This document shows positions 9,932 to 22,387 of a stretch of 64,000 nucleotides of DNA, piece after piece. The DNA lies in IMG/VR virus record IMGVR_UViG_3300024346_000012, one strand, 5' to 3'. Both the position numbers and the translations under genes were made by a program. Below the pieces are notes generated by a model. It saw only the letters and a list, made by a program, of their open reading frames with translations, was not told the DNA's origin and did no database searches. Positions within the stretch are counted from its first letter, which is position 1. Every line of letters begins with the position of its first letter. The DNA comes from a virus.

Positions 9932-12900
9932 TTAGTTACCCTTCAATTCTTCTATTTCTTGTTTTAATTCTTTGATAGCTTCAATTAGCACGCCAACCAT
10001 CTTACCATAGTCAACCGCTTTCATTCCTTCAGTATCAGTATGAACAACTTCTGGAAGAACCTCTTCTACCTCTTGAGCAATCACACCAACCTTACGCTCA
10101 TCTTTACCAATCTTGTTATACCACACACCACGTAGCTGTGATACTAGATCTAAGCCATTTGCAACAGTTTCAATGTTCTCTTTGGTTCTTACATCAGAAA
10201 CAGATGTAATGTCACCTTGAACTGTTAGATCATCACTACTGAATGTTGAGTTAAGAGTCGCTAAGTTGGCTCCAGTATAGATTTTAAGAGTGTTGTTTGT
10301 ATTTAAATCAAATCCAGCACGTTCAGTACCATCAGCGTACAAACCAATTTGCCCGGTTTGGGGATTTAAATTAACATCACCGCCGTTGTCCGCCGCATCA
10401 CCCGTGTATAAGGTTAAGGCACCGTTAGTTGCACCTACGTTTAAATCATCAGTTGCAATGATTTTTTGGTCTATTACTCCGAGATAAAACTCGATTTGAT
10501 CATTAGCTGTTGCGCCTCGCATATAAACACGACCATCAGTTGGGACTAGATAAATATCCTCTGTTGCTTTAATATACGTTTGCACAGGGCTGTTTATAGT
10601 TGTGCCAACAAGACTTTGGTTTGAGCTCGTGATTGAATTAAACCCAGAACCACCGTTTTGAATATAGAATTTTAATACCCCGTTTTCATCACCACTAGTG
10701 GTTGATCCAGCCGTGTATCCAGTAGTGCCTTGCATCCATGCATAATCATGTCTAACATTTGAAGAGTTTCGTCCTGCAAATCTTATATATCCGCAATTGG
10801 TGTTGTGAGCCATAGAAGTATCAGTATTCATTAACCTCAGTTCTATAGGGCGGCTTAGTGAATTTGAAGTAGATTGAGATAGCGTTAATGCACCAGTACT
10901 TGTAATATTACCTAACGTTTCAGACAATGTAATTGGTTCAAATTTAATTCTGTCGTGTTCGTAAGTCGAGTCAAAGCTAAACTCTGTACCTGATAGAACT
11001 AAGCCGTCACCAGCTGAGTAGGTAGTATTTGTATCAGCATCATCCCGCCATGCAGGATTACCACTTACGTCTGTTTTCCAAACTTTACTTGCAACAGAAC
11101 CTGGTGCAGCCACATAACCAGCTATAGTTTTAGTGTTTGCATTCCAAGTGTTTGTATTTGTATCGGCATCATCTCGCCATGAGGGAACACCACTTGCATT
11201 TGTTTTCCAAACTTTATTAGCTTGGCCAGCGCCTGATGCAACATAACCATCCGCCGTACTACTGTTTGCATTCCAAGTGTCATTATCAGCACCGGTAATA
11301 GTAAGTTCGGTGGCAGATGTTCTGGTAACTGAAACGCTTCCAGAGCCTGTAAACTTTACTCTATCTGAATCTCCATCAGAACCTAAAAGTCTTATATCTG
11401 TCCCAGCGCTAGGAGAAGCTAGACCGTAAGTAGTATTGTCATTATTATCAGTCCATGGAACATTAACATATGCCTTATCACCAGATAGTTCAACAGGATA
11501 GTTCTTACCAGATTCAGTGTAACCTACCTGTATACCACCTCTAGTACCATTAGTTGCCTTTGGTAAAGAATAGACATTGTTATTATATTCTGAAGATACT
11601 GGAATATTGTAATAGGTTGTGCCGTCATTTGTAAACTGCCAACGATCATCAGTCTCGTCCCACTTTAACACAGTATTACTTTGAGTTCCGCGCTCAATTT
11701 CAATGCCAGCATCTTCTGATGGATTAGTACCACCAAAGTCATTGTTGAGGACAATAGTGTTATCACCAATATTAAGTTGTGTAGCATTAATTTCTGTTAC
11801 TTCACCTTGGAATACTACATTGCCGTTAAATGTAATGTCTGAGTCATTAATATGGATATAACCGTTATTGGTATCACCGTGTATTTTAACCCCATTACCG
11901 CTTTTAACAAATCTACCAAAACGAGTACCGTTATTTTCTAAGAAAACGTTACCGTTGCCAGCATCAAGGTTAATGCTGTTAACTGTATCAAGAGTTACGT
12001 CATAACCTTTAGTGGTGACATCAATTTGATCTGTTCCAATGTGTAGATCTCTACTAGACCAAATACGAGATTTATTCCCACTTAGATATGGTTGCAATGA
12101 CAGCCCAACATTAGTACTATCATTATGAATTATGCCAAGGGAATTACTCTTTACATAAAAAGAATTTGTACCATCAGTTGTCATGATTGGAGCATTAGTA
12201 TCACTGTAATAACCAGCTGTATCAATTTTCAACGAAGGATTAGCAAAACCATCTTGCTTAAAGTTAAAGTTGCCATCAGCAGCTGAAGTAAGGTTAATAT
12301 CAGCAGCTGAAGTAAGAGTAATATCCCCGCTAGTATTTTGAATACTGTCTACTGTTAAGATACCAGTTGTTGCTGCGTTTGCAGTAAGGTCGCGAGTAAA
12401 GATATTGTCAAATGCCGCGCTATCATTTTGAAGTGCTAATCTATTAAGGCCAGTAAGTGTTCCTGCTTCCCAATAATCTCCTAATTCATTCCATTGTAGT
12501 ACTGCGCTATCAGTGCTTGGACGATCAACAGCTAATCCTGCTCTATTAATATCATTTACTGAAACACCGTCGTTTACTATCGTATAGCTGCTTGCATTCC
12601 TACTTACTCCAGTGGTAGTAAATGTTCCATTCACAGTAAAACCAGTAGAAACACTCAAAATGTCGAACGTAGCGCTATCTGCAGAAATACTTTCTATACC
12701 TGATATCTTATCTGGTAAACTGATAGTAGCGGAAGATCCTTCTCCCGGCGTATGAGAAACAGTAATCTCATTAGCTGTGCCTGAGATACCTGACACATAG
12801 TTGCCAGTAGTTTCTGTTCCAAGAATAACACCATCGTCTTTGATTGTTACTGCACCGTCAGTCACAGAGAAGTTTTGTGTACTGAATGAAGCTACACCTT

Positions 12901-14320
12901 TGTTAGATGATGTTGCCACTTCGCCATCAATCTTAATATTATTATTAGATACAGTTGTGGTAATACCTTCACCTGCTTCAAAAGTTATCGTATCTCCTAA
13001 CGAAACATTATCATCAGTACCTGTTTCAGCAGAAATAGTGAATGCAGTTCCTGTTGAAGTTACATTACCACCAATGTCCAAATTACCTGTGATATACGCT
13101 GAGTCATTAACCGTTAAGGCATCATCAAGAGTAGTAGTTCCCTGAACATTTAAAGCGTTACTTACAGTCGCGCTATCAAGAGTGGTAATTCCCTGAACAT
13201 CTAAATCACCTGATATAGTTGCGGAATCAGCAGCTAAATTATCAGCGTTAACTGTACCAGTAAAATAACCATCGCGCCACTGCTGACTATTGCTACCTAA
13301 ATCAAAAGAGTTATCTGCGTTGGGAATAATACTAGAATTAACATCGGCAGTGAATACTACATTGTCGGTATTAGCATCACCAAGAGTAACTGAGCCATTT
13401 GTACCGGCTTTAAAATTAACGGTACCGTCTACAGTAAGAGAGCCATCTACTTGTAAGTCGTTTGTAACTGTCACGGTAGTATCTGCAACTTCAATTCTTG
13501 AAGATCCGCCAGTATGTATATCTACTGCATCCGTACCAAATACAACTTTTGTATTATCATTACCTGAATGGATAATAGCATCTTTTACGTGCACGTTTGC
13601 TACGTCGTTAATATCGTATGTTCCAAGGGATAGTTCACCGTCTATCGTAGTACTGTCAAGAGTAGTCAATCCAGTTACATTAAAAGTAGTATCATCCCAT
13701 GTAAGGTTGGCATTATCTTCTAATTCTCCAGAAGTACCCGCAAATACAATTCTGTTATCAGTTAAGTCAGTAACTTTCATAGTACCAATAGTAGCACTAT
13801 CAGCTGAAACTTCATCAATGTAGCCAGTTCCATCTACATATAAATCACGCCATTCTTGTCCAGTGCTACCTAGATCAAAGGCGTCATCTGTATTAGGAAT
13901 AATACTTGAATTTATATCAGCATCGAATACGACGTTATCTGTATTGTCATCTCCAAGTGTTACAGTTCCTGAAGAACCAGCTTTCATGTTAACAATACCG
14001 TGGACTGTTAGACTTCCACCGATATCAACATTAGTATCTACTTTTAAATTACCTGCAAGTCTACTTGTAGATGAGCTATCATACACATCTAGTTTTGGTG
14101 TTCTTACTTTAATTGTGTCAGCAGAATCTAACTTTGCCTCGTGCTCTTGTAACGCCTCGCCAATAGTAGGTCTGCTTCCAGCGAAAGTAGATCTACCGCT
14201 AGTTTGATCAATGCTTGTTAGGCTCATATCACCAACTGAATCTAACAGCTGGTTAATTCTTCTTCGCTGCGTATTTAACGTATCAGTTAAAGTTATATTA
14301 GGTATTTTTGAATTAGCCAT
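9932..14320 (-). CDS. Long tail fibre with C-terminal intramolecular chaperone (peptidase S74-like)
   Basis: C-terminal SDVRTKENI...[13 protein letters not shown]...[17 protein letters not shown]; internal duplicated modules. Confidence 0.85.
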   Translation of the reverse strand: MANSKIPNITLTDTLNTQRRRINQLLDSVGDMSLTSIDQTSGRSTFAGSRPTIGEALQEHEAKLDSADTIKVRTPKLDVYDSSSTSRLAGNLKVDTNVDIGGSLTVHGIVNMKAGSSGTVTLGDDNTDNVVFDADINSSIIPNTDDAFDLGSTGQEWRDLYVDGTGYIDEVSADSATIGTMKVTDLTDNRIVFAGTSGELEDNANLTWDDTTFNVTGLTTLDSTTIDGELSLGTYDINDVANVHVKDAIIHSGNDNTKVVFGTDAVDIHTGGSSRIEVADTTVTVTNDLQVDGSLTVDGTVNFKAGTNGSVTLGDANTDNVVFTADVNSSIIPNADNSFDLGSNSQQWRDGYFTGTVNADNLAADSATISGDLDVQGITTLDSATVSNALNVQGTTTLDDALTVNDSAYITGNLDIGGNVTSTGTAFTISAETGTDDNVSLGDTITFEAGEGITTTVSNNNIKIDGEVATSSNKGVASFSTQNFSVTDGAVTIKDDGVILGTETTGNYVSGISGTANEITVSHTPGEGSSATISLPDKISGIESISADSATFDILSVSTGFTVNGTFTTTGVSRNASSYTIVNDGVSVNDINRAGLAVDRPSTDSAVLQWNELGDYWEAGTLTGLNRLALQNDSAAFDNIFTRDLTANAATTGILTVDSIQNTSGDITLTSAADINLTSAADGNFNFKQDGFANPSLKIDTAGYYSDTNAPIMTTDGTNSFYVKSNSLGIIHNDSTNVGLSLQPYLSGNKSRIWSSRDLHIGTDQIDVTTKGYDVTLDTVNSINLDAGNGNVFLENNGTRFGRFVKSGNGVKIHGDTNNGYIHINDSDITFNGNVVFQGEVTEINATQLNIGDNTIVLNNDFGGTNPSEDAGIEIERGTQSNTVLKWDETDDRWQFTNDGTTYYNIPVSSEYNNNVYSLPKATNGTRGGIQVGYTESGKNYPVELSGDKAYVNVPWTDNNDNTTYGLASPSAGTDIRLLGSDGDSDRVKFTGSGSVSVTRTSATELTITGADNDTWNANSSTADGYVASGAGQANKVWKTNASGVPSWRDDADTNTNTWNANTKTIAGYVAAPGSVASKVWKTDVSGNPAWRDDADTNTTYSAGDGLVLSGTEFSFDSTYEHDRIKFEPITLSETLGNITSTGALTLSQSTSNSLSRPIELRLMNTDTSMAHNTNCGYIRFAGRNSSNVRHDYAWMQGTTGYTAGSTTSGDENGVLKFYIQNGGSGFNSITSSNQSLVGTTINSPVQTYIKATEDIYLVPTDGRVYMRGATANDQIEFYLGVIDQKIIATDDLNVGATNGALTLYTGDAADNGGDVNLNPQTGQIGLYADGTERAGFDLNTNNTLKIYTGANLATLNSTFSSDDLTVQGDITSVSDVRTKENIETVANGLDLVSQLRGVWYNKIGKDERKVGVIAQEVEEVLPEVVHTDTEGMKAVDYGKMVGVLIEAIKELKQEIEELKGN

Positions 14321-14528
14321 TTGAACCGTTCTCTAATAGTTTTTGGAGCATTGTTTTTATATCGTTTACATCACTTTTAAGTTGATCTATTTCATCTAGC
14401 TCTTTTTGCTTTCTCACATTAATCAGATTATTATACTTATGTTTGTTCTTATTTATATTCAAAATCATGTTAGTATTAGGATCTCTTACTAAATCCGGAT
14501 AATCTTTTACTGGTATATAGTCTGCCAT
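14313..14528 (-). CDS. Small conserved T4-like protein
   Basis: 71 aa; LVRDxxTxxIxN followed by coiled coil; overlaps both neighbours (translational coupling). Confidence 0.65.
   Translation of the reverse strand: MADYIPVKDYPDLVRDPNTNMILNINKNKHKYNNLINVRKQKELDEIDQLKSDVNDIKTMLQKLLENGSNG
14450..14457 (-). promoter_or_regulatory. Probable late promoter TATAAATA for the long fibre operon
   Basis: Exact match about 130 nt upstream of the 14320 start, inside the preceding small ORF. Confidence 0.55.
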
Positions 14529-16195
14529 TATGAGGTAGCTATTGTTCTTAAGTTTCTAAAACGAGGGAATCTAGTAGATTTCTCAGCATTCATTGTTATT
14601 TTTATTTGATACTCGTCAAAAGGAGAGACATTGAATACGTTAAACTCATATTCAACAAACCTAGAAAGGTCGCTGCTAGGCGGAATGTCTATATAACTAT
14701 TACCCTTAGTTACTTTTATGTCTTTAGAAAAAGCTGTCCAATCTTGCTCAGAAAGTTTGTTTCCACTTGAATTTAAATTGGTCCTAAACCATATATCAAA
14801 ATCAGCTCCTATAGGTCTTACTGCATCTACTAAAGTTACAATAGATGTAGAGGAGTTAGTAAGACTATAAACTATTGAAATATGTTTACTTCCACAAGTC
14901 CCGCCATCTGGAGAGGTTTCAGGTACATAATCTACAGTACTAATAAAGTTTCTATCAGTGGCTGTACCCACATCAGACTGCTGGTGGTCAATAAAATATG
15001 ACACAGTTTCGACTTGAGAACTATTAACATTAAAATAAGGAGCCGTATTTGCATTCGAAGTAGATAAGTTTACGCTTACCACAGTTGAAGGATTCCCACC
15101 TAGTTTATTAACTTCTTGTGCTCTTGATGCTATTACAGCAGGTTCATCAAGTATTTGAGGCCCTGATAGATTTAAGCCAACCCCAGCAATAGCTTGGTAT
15201 CCAGTATTAGTGTCATGCCAAGCTCCTATAGATGTAAAATCGGCACTAGCAGTAACGTTAGTACCAGATGGGGCTGATACTGGAATCTTAACCATAAATT
15301 CATCTATTTCGTGTTGTTCAGTAGCATATAAACCAGTACCGCCACCTCTAACAGAAGCAGTGGCTACTGAACCCATTTCAAACGTATAACCATACGGGTC
15401 TGCTGCAGTAATAACTCTATCGCCTAAAATGTTACTACCTAAGACGCCATTTACTGTATCTCCACTACTAAATCCTGTCGCGTCAGTGCTAAGAGTTACT
15501 GTATCTCCTACTCTAAAACCATGAGCGGGATGAAGAACAGAAACAGTAGCATCGCCAGCTGTAAATACTAAAGGATCATACACGTAATCGCCCAGTTGAT
15601 TTTGTACTAGGCTTTCTGTTAATTTTTTAGGAGGTGGAGTATTTATTTCTAGCTTAGCAACAGAAGACAGCGCTGTATCGAACTGCGCTTTATATACTTT
15701 AAATGTTAAATCTTTTGTATTATCACCTTCCCATGTTGTGCCATTTGAAGATGAGTATAACGCGCCGCCCGAAGTATTCACGGTAGAGTTATATCTCGAT
15801 GTAGTAGTTCCAATATTAAATTCACCGTTCTGAGCAAAATACGTTTGGTATGCACCAGCACCAGCGCTACTGTATATACACACCGATAAAAGTGTATTGG
15901 CTGGCACTTGTATAGGAGATGAAAATTCGAATTTGTATTCAGTCGCAGCTGAAAATGTTGTTGCAGCTTTGGCTCCAACTGCTGCAGCTGTTGCTACAAC
16001 TCTGCTGCCTGGTATATACCTCTTCGAAGAAGGTTGGCCTCCCTCAGTCGTAGGCCTAAGCTCTAATGTGATAGGAAGCAATGGATCAGCTGAGTAAAAG
16101 AATATGCCTATACCTGTTAACACACTTGCTTCATCAACCACAAAGGTTTGTGCTGTAGGAGATTTTTGCTCTGTTAATTGTAGAATACCTGTCAT
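14528..16195 (-). CDS. Virion structural protein (C-terminal part of DUF4815/VrlC-like)
   Basis: AQTFxV...GIFF, SSNGTTW...DLTFKVYKAQF and FDEYQIKI...PRFRNLRTIA, matching the C-terminal half of large T4-like baseplate-associated proteins. Confidence 0.7.
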   Translation of the reverse strand: MTGILQLTEQKSPTAQTFVVDEASVLTGIGIFFYSADPLLPITLELRPTTEGGQPSSKRYIPGSRVVATAAAVGAKAATTFSAATEYKFEFSSPIQVPANTLLSVCIYSSAGAGAYQTYFAQNGEFNIGTTTSRYNSTVNTSGGALYSSSNGTTWEGDNTKDLTFKVYKAQFDTALSSVAKLEINTPPPKKLTESLVQNQLGDYVYDPLVFTAGDATVSVLHPAHGFRVGDTVTLSTDATGFSSGDTVNGVLGSNILGDRVITAADPYGYTFEMGSVATASVRGGGTGLYATEQHEIDEFMVKIPVSAPSGTNVTASADFTSIGAWHDTNTGYQAIAGVGLNLSGPQILDEPAVIASRAQEVNKLGGNPSTVVSVNLSTSNANTAPYFNVNSSQVETVSYFIDHQQSDVGTATDRNFISTVDYVPETSPDGGTCGSKHISIVYSLTNSSTSIVTLVDAVRPIGADFDIWFRTNLNSSGNKLSEQDWTAFSKDIKVTKGNSYIDIPPSSDLSRFVEYEFNVFNVSPFDEYQIKITMNAEKSTRFPRFRNLRTIATS

Positions 16196-16992
16196 TAGAA
16201 ACCACCTCCAATTATACCATTACCTGAAGCAACAGATGCAACATTTGTAGCATTATATATGCTGGCGGGTCTAGCCTTTGGTCGAACAGATCCCATGTTC
16301 AACGGCGCTGATGAGCCCGGTAGAGAAAAAATAGGTTCGTTTTTAGGAGCAAAACACTGATTAACTCCCGCATGTGCGTCGTTATCATTATTATTGTCAT
16401 TTTCGTAAAAAACGCTTTCAAAATATGAGTAACTTTCAGAAAACTGCTTGCTTTCAGTATTAGTATATTCGTACCAGTATTCGTTTTGACCTTGAGCATA
16501 GAATTGAGCAGCAGCGTATGATAAAGCTTCGTTTCTATCTAGAACGGATACATCTAGTGCGCTAAAGTTTGTACCATCAGTATTGATAGGCCAGTTTGTA
16601 GTAGTGTTAGATTGCAAATAAAATAACCCACTTAATGAACCATCTGCAGAAGAAGTTAATGCGACATCAGCACCACCATTTGTAGCTCCTCCTAAACCAG
16701 CGGGAAAGGCTGTTTCAGTTATATAAGAATCTCCAGGCTCTTTAATAGTTGAAGTTCTTGCTGCAGTCGTATAGTCTGTTAAGCTATATGAGGTATTGCA
16801 GTATTTTGTTATCTGCTTATCAGCAAAGAAAATCCAATGAGGAATATTAGGTCTCAAACCTTTAAACTCAAAAAATATAATTTTTGGTCTATGTATATCT
16901 ACTTCACTATAACCTAAACGGTCCTGTTTTATAACATCACGTGTTCGTGTAACGTTTCTACTGCCCGTTCTTTTTACTTGTCTATATGGCAT
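16195..16992 (-). CDS. Virion structural protein (middle part of DUF4815-like)
   Basis: IFFEFKGLRPN...FF motif; lies between the other two parts. Confidence 0.6.
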   Translation of the reverse strand: MPYRQVKRTGSRNVTRTRDVIKQDRLGYSEVDIHRPKIIFFEFKGLRPNIPHWIFFADKQITKYCNTSYSLTDYTTAARTSTIKEPGDSYITETAFPAGLGGATNGGADVALTSSADGSLSGLFYLQSNTTTNWPINTDGTNFSALDVSVLDRNEALSYAAAQFYAQGQNEYWYEYTNTESKQFSESYSYFESVFYENDNNNDNDAHAGVNQCFAPKNEPIFSLPGSSAPLNMGSVRPKARPASIYNATNVASVASGNGIIGGGF

Positions 16993-17007
16993 CTCTTTAC
17001 CTTGTTT

Positions 17008-19980
17008 TTAACTGTAAGCACCAGTACTTACTGTGATAGTACCTTGAGAACTAATTTCTACAGTTCCATCTGGTAGCAATGATGCGTTTGATTGAGGCAC
17101 AAAGGATTTGTCCACCAAACGTTTATTCGTCCAATAATCGCCTTCTGGCGTAAGCTCTGCTGTACCAATACTTTGAGGTATATCAAATTGATTAACAGAT
17201 ATAACACCTGTAGCTTCGTCTTGGCCAAAACCTGAAACTACTTCAGTATATTTTGGCCAGACATTATTGCCCTTTATTACACATGTGTCTAAAGATAAGT
17301 CAGAATCATATGTTAGACCTATTGATTTGTTGAAATAAAGCGGGAACAGCTCACGCGTGTCAGCCATATGGCCAGCTCTATAATCATCATCAAACCAATT
17401 TGATTGAAGAGTAGTTTCAAAATTATCTCCGGTAACGCCTTCAGTTTGCCTAATAAACGTAGCATTATCAGGATCGTATACTTCTAAAGATGATAACTCA
17501 GCTTCTATTAATGAGAGAGTTGTTATTCTTTCAACATTAGAAATTCTATCATCTAGTCTTCGGATATCTGACATCTTATATCCGCGATTATCATACTGTG
17601 TTACTCTTAAATCTTCATTATTAAATGTGAATGGATACATAACAATATCATACAACTTCATGTCCCTACCATCTACACCTGTAGGAGGAACTAATGAATA
17701 AGATGAAGCACCTTGGTGATACTTTAAAGTTCCAGAAGAAGTTAGAGTAAGCGCATCTCTCCTAGGTAGCCAGTACTTAGTTAAGCCTACGGTAATTGTT
17801 GATTGATTTTTAGGCAGTGGCTCAACACGGGCAATGCCTCCAGTAAACGTTTCATCAGCAGGATTTTTTAAGGATCTCATATCAATTACGTCGGCTAGGT
17901 GGTATGTATCACCTCTTGCCGTAGTATATTTGGGAATCTGACTAAATGTGATATCACCATAAGAAGCCGCTCCTCCAAAATACCCAGCGCCGATCGGAGT
18001 ATCGTGTTGAAAGTACTTATATTCTACTGTGACCGTTCCGGCCGGAGCAGCTTGGCCACCTCTTAACTTACCTCTACCTGGTCCGTAATAGTTATCATCT
18101 TGTCCGTTATTTAAAATAAATTTATATGTTATAATTTCGTTAGTAGTATCATCTGTTACTTTATTAAATGAGAAGATATCAGCTTTTGAAAGTATAAACT
18201 CGTCGTTAACCAAACTAAGAGTTTCAGATGCCCAACTATTTGCGGCTGTGCCAGGTTGTAGCGATTTATTCTTACGAGTTAAAGTTGTAGTCTGATATGC
18301 AACAACATGGCCGTTACCATTCGAAGGACCGGTAATAGCAGCCTGTGTATTTGGACCGTTTCCACCATCGCTTAACGTTACACTTAAGTCAGTACTTAAA
18401 TCGCCTCCTGAGTTAACCTGATACACCCAATCATCTGTTTCAGTAAATGTATCGGTGTTACCAGTATTAATTGTTACGCTACTAGCAGTTTTATTTACAG
18501 TGTACACTTTACCAACAGTAGCAGTCACAGAACTTATTTCTTGTACTCTGTCACGTGGCAGTTCAAACAATAGATCATTTTCTTGTCTATTATAAATGTC
18601 AAACCTACTTTGCACTGATTTTAAATTTGCATAGTTATCAGCATCTATACCAATAGATCTAATATCGCCAGAGCTATATGAACTATTTGTAATATTAATA
18701 TCAAATATGTGAATTCTATAGTTTGTCTGTAGGTAATATAAAGCTCTTACTCTTGCTGTACCAAAATTTATTCCGCCGCGATCTACGGCAGTGTATAGAT
18801 TAACTTCAGTAAAGTCTTCTATATATCCTACGAGACCATACGCACTATCTGCTAACAGAAAATTACCTATATTAGCTCCGGACTTTTCACTAGTCTTTGA
18901 TACGGTATCATTTATAATATTTCTTGGCTTTGATACTTTGATTGGTAGATTAAAATCTCTTTCGACTCTTGATCCATTTACAAAACCAGTTCCTCCTGAA
19001 ACTTTAAAGTTTAAGAAGTCGTCGTCAGTATCAGTATTTATTGACAGGTCAAATTCACCGGTTGGTCTGCTCTCAATAAAATTACCTGTTTGAGAATAGG
19101 TTCTTGAATCGATAATACTACCTATTTTAGAAAGAATCTTATCGGGAGTTTTAGTAAGCGAAACTTGACCGTTGATTACCTTATAGACTTCATAAAATGT
19201 ATCGCTTGCAACAATCTGATCTTTTGTTGTTAGAGTTAATGTAATTTTAAGTCTATCAGCGCCTGGAGATGTAAGGTTGGGAGTAGAACCTGAATTATCA
19301 AAAAGAGCTATATTATCAGCTGTAGTAATAATTTCTTCTACTACTTTAAAACCAACAGTGCCTGTAAAGGTAGGAGTGTATTTAGAAAGAACTAATGATT
19401 GAGCGTCAACCATTACAAGATGGTTTCCAGCATATGTATCAAACTGAGGAATATCAACAATAGAACATTTTCCAACCGCGTCATTCACTGACTGAATGGT
19501 AATATTACCTAAATCAGTTGTAAGAGTAGCTCCTGCAACAAATGGCTTAGAAACTGTAGTAACTTCAGCTTCGTCTGCTCCTCCAACTTTACCCTCTGAC
19601 ATCTTTACGAATAGCGTATCAGGATCTCCATTTGCAGCCGGTAAGACATCTTTTACTATAGCAAACAAATCACCATCATTTATTTTAGTACCCTTTAAAG
19701 CTGCATAACCTATAGGTAAAGAACTGACTTTCAAGTACGTGTAAGAAAAGGCATTGACACCTGAAGCAAGGCTTGCTGAATTATTAAATATTGCGCCTTC
19801 ATTTACTATAAACCGTGAAAGCCTGGCTAGTTCTGCTTGTATAATAGATTGTGATTGCGTTAGCTCTCTAGCTTGAAGAGCACGACCGTTATTAAAAAGA
19901 ATACGATGGTAGTGATCACTATCTCTGAAGTCATCATTATATTCACTCAAGAACGTGGTGTTAGTAAGATTAGTTGCCAT
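17008..19980 (-). CDS. DUF4815/VrlC-like virion structural protein (N-terminal part)
   Basis: YNDDF...YHRILF...LQARELTQSQSI, PGADRLKI and YKMSDIRRLDDRISNVE motifs. Confidence 0.8.
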   Translation of the reverse strand: MATNLTNTTFLSEYNDDFRDSDHYHRILFNNGRALQARELTQSQSIIQAELARLSRFIVNEGAIFNNSASLASGVNAFSYTYLKVSSLPIGYAALKGTKINDGDLFAIVKDVLPAANGDPDTLFVKMSEGKVGGADEAEVTTVSKPFVAGATLTTDLGNITIQSVNDAVGKCSIVDIPQFDTYAGNHLVMVDAQSLVLSKYTPTFTGTVGFKVVEEIITTADNIALFDNSGSTPNLTSPGADRLKITLTLTTKDQIVASDTFYEVYKVINGQVSLTKTPDKILSKIGSIIDSRTYSQTGNFIESRPTGEFDLSINTDTDDDFLNFKVSGGTGFVNGSRVERDFNLPIKVSKPRNIINDTVSKTSEKSGANIGNFLLADSAYGLVGYIEDFTEVNLYTAVDRGGINFGTARVRALYYLQTNYRIHIFDINITNSSYSSGDIRSIGIDADNYANLKSVQSRFDIYNRQENDLLFELPRDRVQEISSVTATVGKVYTVNKTASSVTINTGNTDTFTETDDWVYQVNSGGDLSTDLSVTLSDGGNGPNTQAAITGPSNGNGHVVAYQTTTLTRKNKSLQPGTAANSWASETLSLVNDEFILSKADIFSFNKVTDDTTNEIITYKFILNNGQDDNYYGPGRGKLRGGQAAPAGTVTVEYKYFQHDTPIGAGYFGGAASYGDITFSQIPKYTTARGDTYHLADVIDMRSLKNPADETFTGGIARVEPLPKNQSTITVGLTKYWLPRRDALTLTSSGTLKYHQGASSYSLVPPTGVDGRDMKLYDIVMYPFTFNNEDLRVTQYDNRGYKMSDIRRLDDRISNVERITTLSLIEAELSSLEVYDPDNATFIRQTEGVTGDNFETTLQSNWFDDDYRAGHMADTRELFPLYFNKSIGLTYDSDLSLDTCVIKGNNVWPKYTEVVSGFGQDEATGVISVNQFDIPQSIGTAELTPEGDYWTNKRLVDKSFVPQSNASLLPDGTVEISSQGTITVSTGAYS

Positions 19981-19989
19981 TGTTTATCC

Positions 19990-21375
19990 TTAGAGTTTAA
20001 TAACTACTTTAATATCTTCAGTTTGAGCTGCATCTCGTGGGAGTTTTTGTCTGTTATTTAAAAAGAGTAACTCTCCAGAATATATATCAATCTCTCCAGC
20101 GACAATATCAGATATAGTAAATGTTCCAGCTTTACCTGTTATAGTTACGGTTTCTCCGATAGTAAAGTTCGAAAATCCAGTTTCTTCATTTTGATGATAC
20201 CAAATTGTAGAAATACCATCAAAATAGTCTATATATCCGCTGGCACTACCCGCTCCATTAATTGTTACGTCGTTGGCCCAAGAAAGCTCAGATATGGTTT
20301 CACTTAATACTATCTGCTTAACTGCTCTACCTTGTGTTTCAGTAAATAACGCACCGCCAGGTTGCTTAATATTTTTTAATAAGCCTATCTGTCTATACTC
20401 GTTATCAACTATCCAATCACCAGATACGTCGCCTTCGGGTTTGATATTAAACATTATGCTTGTAGATCGTAGATCCGATCTAGCATCTGCACCAATTCCT
20501 CCTTCAACAGCAAAAATGGGAAATACCTCTGCACTTGCTCCACTTGTTAAATTAGTTTGATCTACTGTTATTGAGGCTTGATTATACCCTGATCCTAAAT
20601 CTGATACAATATTAGTAACGGCCGAACTTGTTCCAACTTGAACTGCAGCAAGCTTTCCGGTATTATCTAAAATAGCGTGTGCATTTGCTCCAGTACCGTC
20701 ACCAACTACTGTAAGGCTAGGAGCTGCCGAGTAAACACCGCTGTTACTTTTAACTCTATAACCTATAATTTGTCCATCAATTGATGCATCCTGCACAGCT
20801 TTTTGAGGAGCTTCAGGATCAGTTGGCGCAGCATCAATTACGAACTTGACAGGCATAAAGTTAGAAGTTAAAAATCTATTTGCATCAGCAGTAGTAATAG
20901 TATACATGTACTTCCATATATATCCATCATTTTCAACCGGCAAAGTAGTATCTGTATGGTCTGGAAGGAAATTAGATACGACCGGAGATCCAAAACTATT
21001 TTTACCTTGACGAATACAAACATAAACATGGTTATCAGCTGTTTTAACGTAGTAACCAGGAGTTGGCTGACCAACTTGGTTGTCATTAAAAGAAGGGTAA
21101 ACGGTATTGGTTGTCCAATCAGTTAAAGGTACAACGAAAGAAAAAGCTTCAACTGCTTTTACAGATTGCATATTATATCTAAATAGTCTTCTATCTCTTT
21201 CAGTATTGCTGGGATCAGGCGTGACATCAGTGCCCAGTGCTGGCTGCCAAATTTGAGAGTGCCCTACGCCGATATAGAAATAGTTATCGGAATCACCAAG
21301 GTTTATGCCCTCATTTTCATCGAATACCTGTTGTGTAAATTGTCTTTTTATTCTGTCTGTAATAATTGCTGGCAT
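19990..21375 (-). CDS. gp8: Baseplate wedge subunit
   Basis: VYVCI...DGYIWKYMYTI, YRQIGLLKN, SGELLFLNNR...QTEDIKVVIKL. Confidence 0.85.
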   Translation of the reverse strand: MPAIITDRIKRQFTQQVFDENEGINLGDSDNYFYIGVGHSQIWQPALGTDVTPDPSNTERDRRLFRYNMQSVKAVEAFSFVVPLTDWTTNTVYPSFNDNQVGQPTPGYYVKTADNHVYVCIRQGKNSFGSPVVSNFLPDHTDTTLPVENDGYIWKYMYTITTADANRFLTSNFMPVKFVIDAAPTDPEAPQKAVQDASIDGQIIGYRVKSNSGVYSAAPSLTVVGDGTGANAHAILDNTGKLAAVQVGTSSAVTNIVSDLGSGYNQASITVDQTNLTSGASAEVFPIFAVEGGIGADARSDLRSTSIMFNIKPEGDVSGDWIVDNEYRQIGLLKNIKQPGGALFTETQGRAVKQIVLSETISELSWANDVTINGAGSASGYIDYFDGISTIWYHQNEETGFSNFTIGETVTITGKAGTFTISDIVAGEIDIYSGELLFLNNRQKLPRDAAQTEDIKVVIKL

Positions 21376-21385
21376 TGTCTATTTC

Positions 21386-22387
21386 CTATACGACTGCGTA
21401 TCCATAACCACCTACTATAATCCATCCACTTGTAGTATTCCATATAAGATGAACTGAATCGAGAGGATCAAAATTTATGCTTGTTCCGTGAGCGAGTGTG
21501 TCGGGTGTTAAACTTACTGTTCCAGTTCCTCCAGCGACTCTCGTGAATATTTTTGTTTCGCCCTGAAAGGTTCCATCTGCTAGTTGTACTGTGCCAGAAG
21601 ATGTTCCTGTAAGAACTATATATCCGTATTCTTGGTCTGCTGCGGTTCCATTTGCTGCAGTAGCCGATTGTACACCAACTTTATCTGCTACTACAACACC
21701 AATTCCCTTAGGCCTTAAAATCAGGTTTACGTTATTATCAGCCCCAATAGCTTCGATAATCGGAGAAGAACCGGTAGCTGTATCTGATACTTTAATGTTA
21801 TTTCTCGAAGAAGTAAAGTCATCAGTAAAAGATATTACTGAGTTCCCAATAGAATCTGCTAAATATTGGTGAACTCTTGCTTGCTGTATGATTGGATCAA
21901 ACAGTGTTTTATTCGTAAGAGTACCTGCAGCATCATTTAAAACTAAAGTATCATCTGCTGTTAAAGATGGAATACCAACGTCTTGATTTGCAGTTAATGC
22001 ACCCGCAACAAAATTGTAAGCGTGACTGAGGTCATTATCTTTTATACTTAAATTAAGTATAGAAGGATTATTTAAATCAGCACTATCTACGGTTTTATTT
22101 CTTAAGGTTTGTGTCGCAACATCAACTACTATGTTACCAGCCGAATCTGGAAAATCAATACTAATTTCTTGTGTAGGATCTGCTGCTCCTATTTTAGTTC
22201 TAGCAGTAACACCAATTATATCAAAACCACTGTCTGTAAGAGAAGTCGTATTAGGACCTACTACCTCACCGCCTAAAATGTTGTATAATTCTGTAAAATT
22301 GGCATTCATTTTTAAGCCTGCAGCACGTAAGGTATCTCCGGTCCTATCATTTGCCGCTGCGCCTACATTGATTGTCTGTCTCGCCAT
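21386..22387 (-). CDS. gp9: Baseplate wedge tail-fibre connector (gp9/gp10-like N-terminus)
   Basis: N-terminal QTINVGAAANDRTGDTLRAAGLKMNANFTELY. Confidence 0.75.
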   Translation of the reverse strand: MARQTINVGAAANDRTGDTLRAAGLKMNANFTELYNILGGEVVGPNTTSLTDSGFDIIGVTARTKIGAADPTQEISIDFPDSAGNIVVDVATQTLRNKTVDSADLNNPSILNLSIKDNDLSHAYNFVAGALTANQDVGIPSLTADDTLVLNDAAGTLTNKTLFDPIIQQARVHQYLADSIGNSVISFTDDFTSSRNNIKVSDTATGSSPIIEAIGADNNVNLILRPKGIGVVVADKVGVQSATAANGTAADQEYGYIVLTGTSSGTVQLADGTFQGETKIFTRVAGGTGTVSLTPDTLAHGTSINFDPLDSVHLIWNTTSGWIIVGGYGYAVV

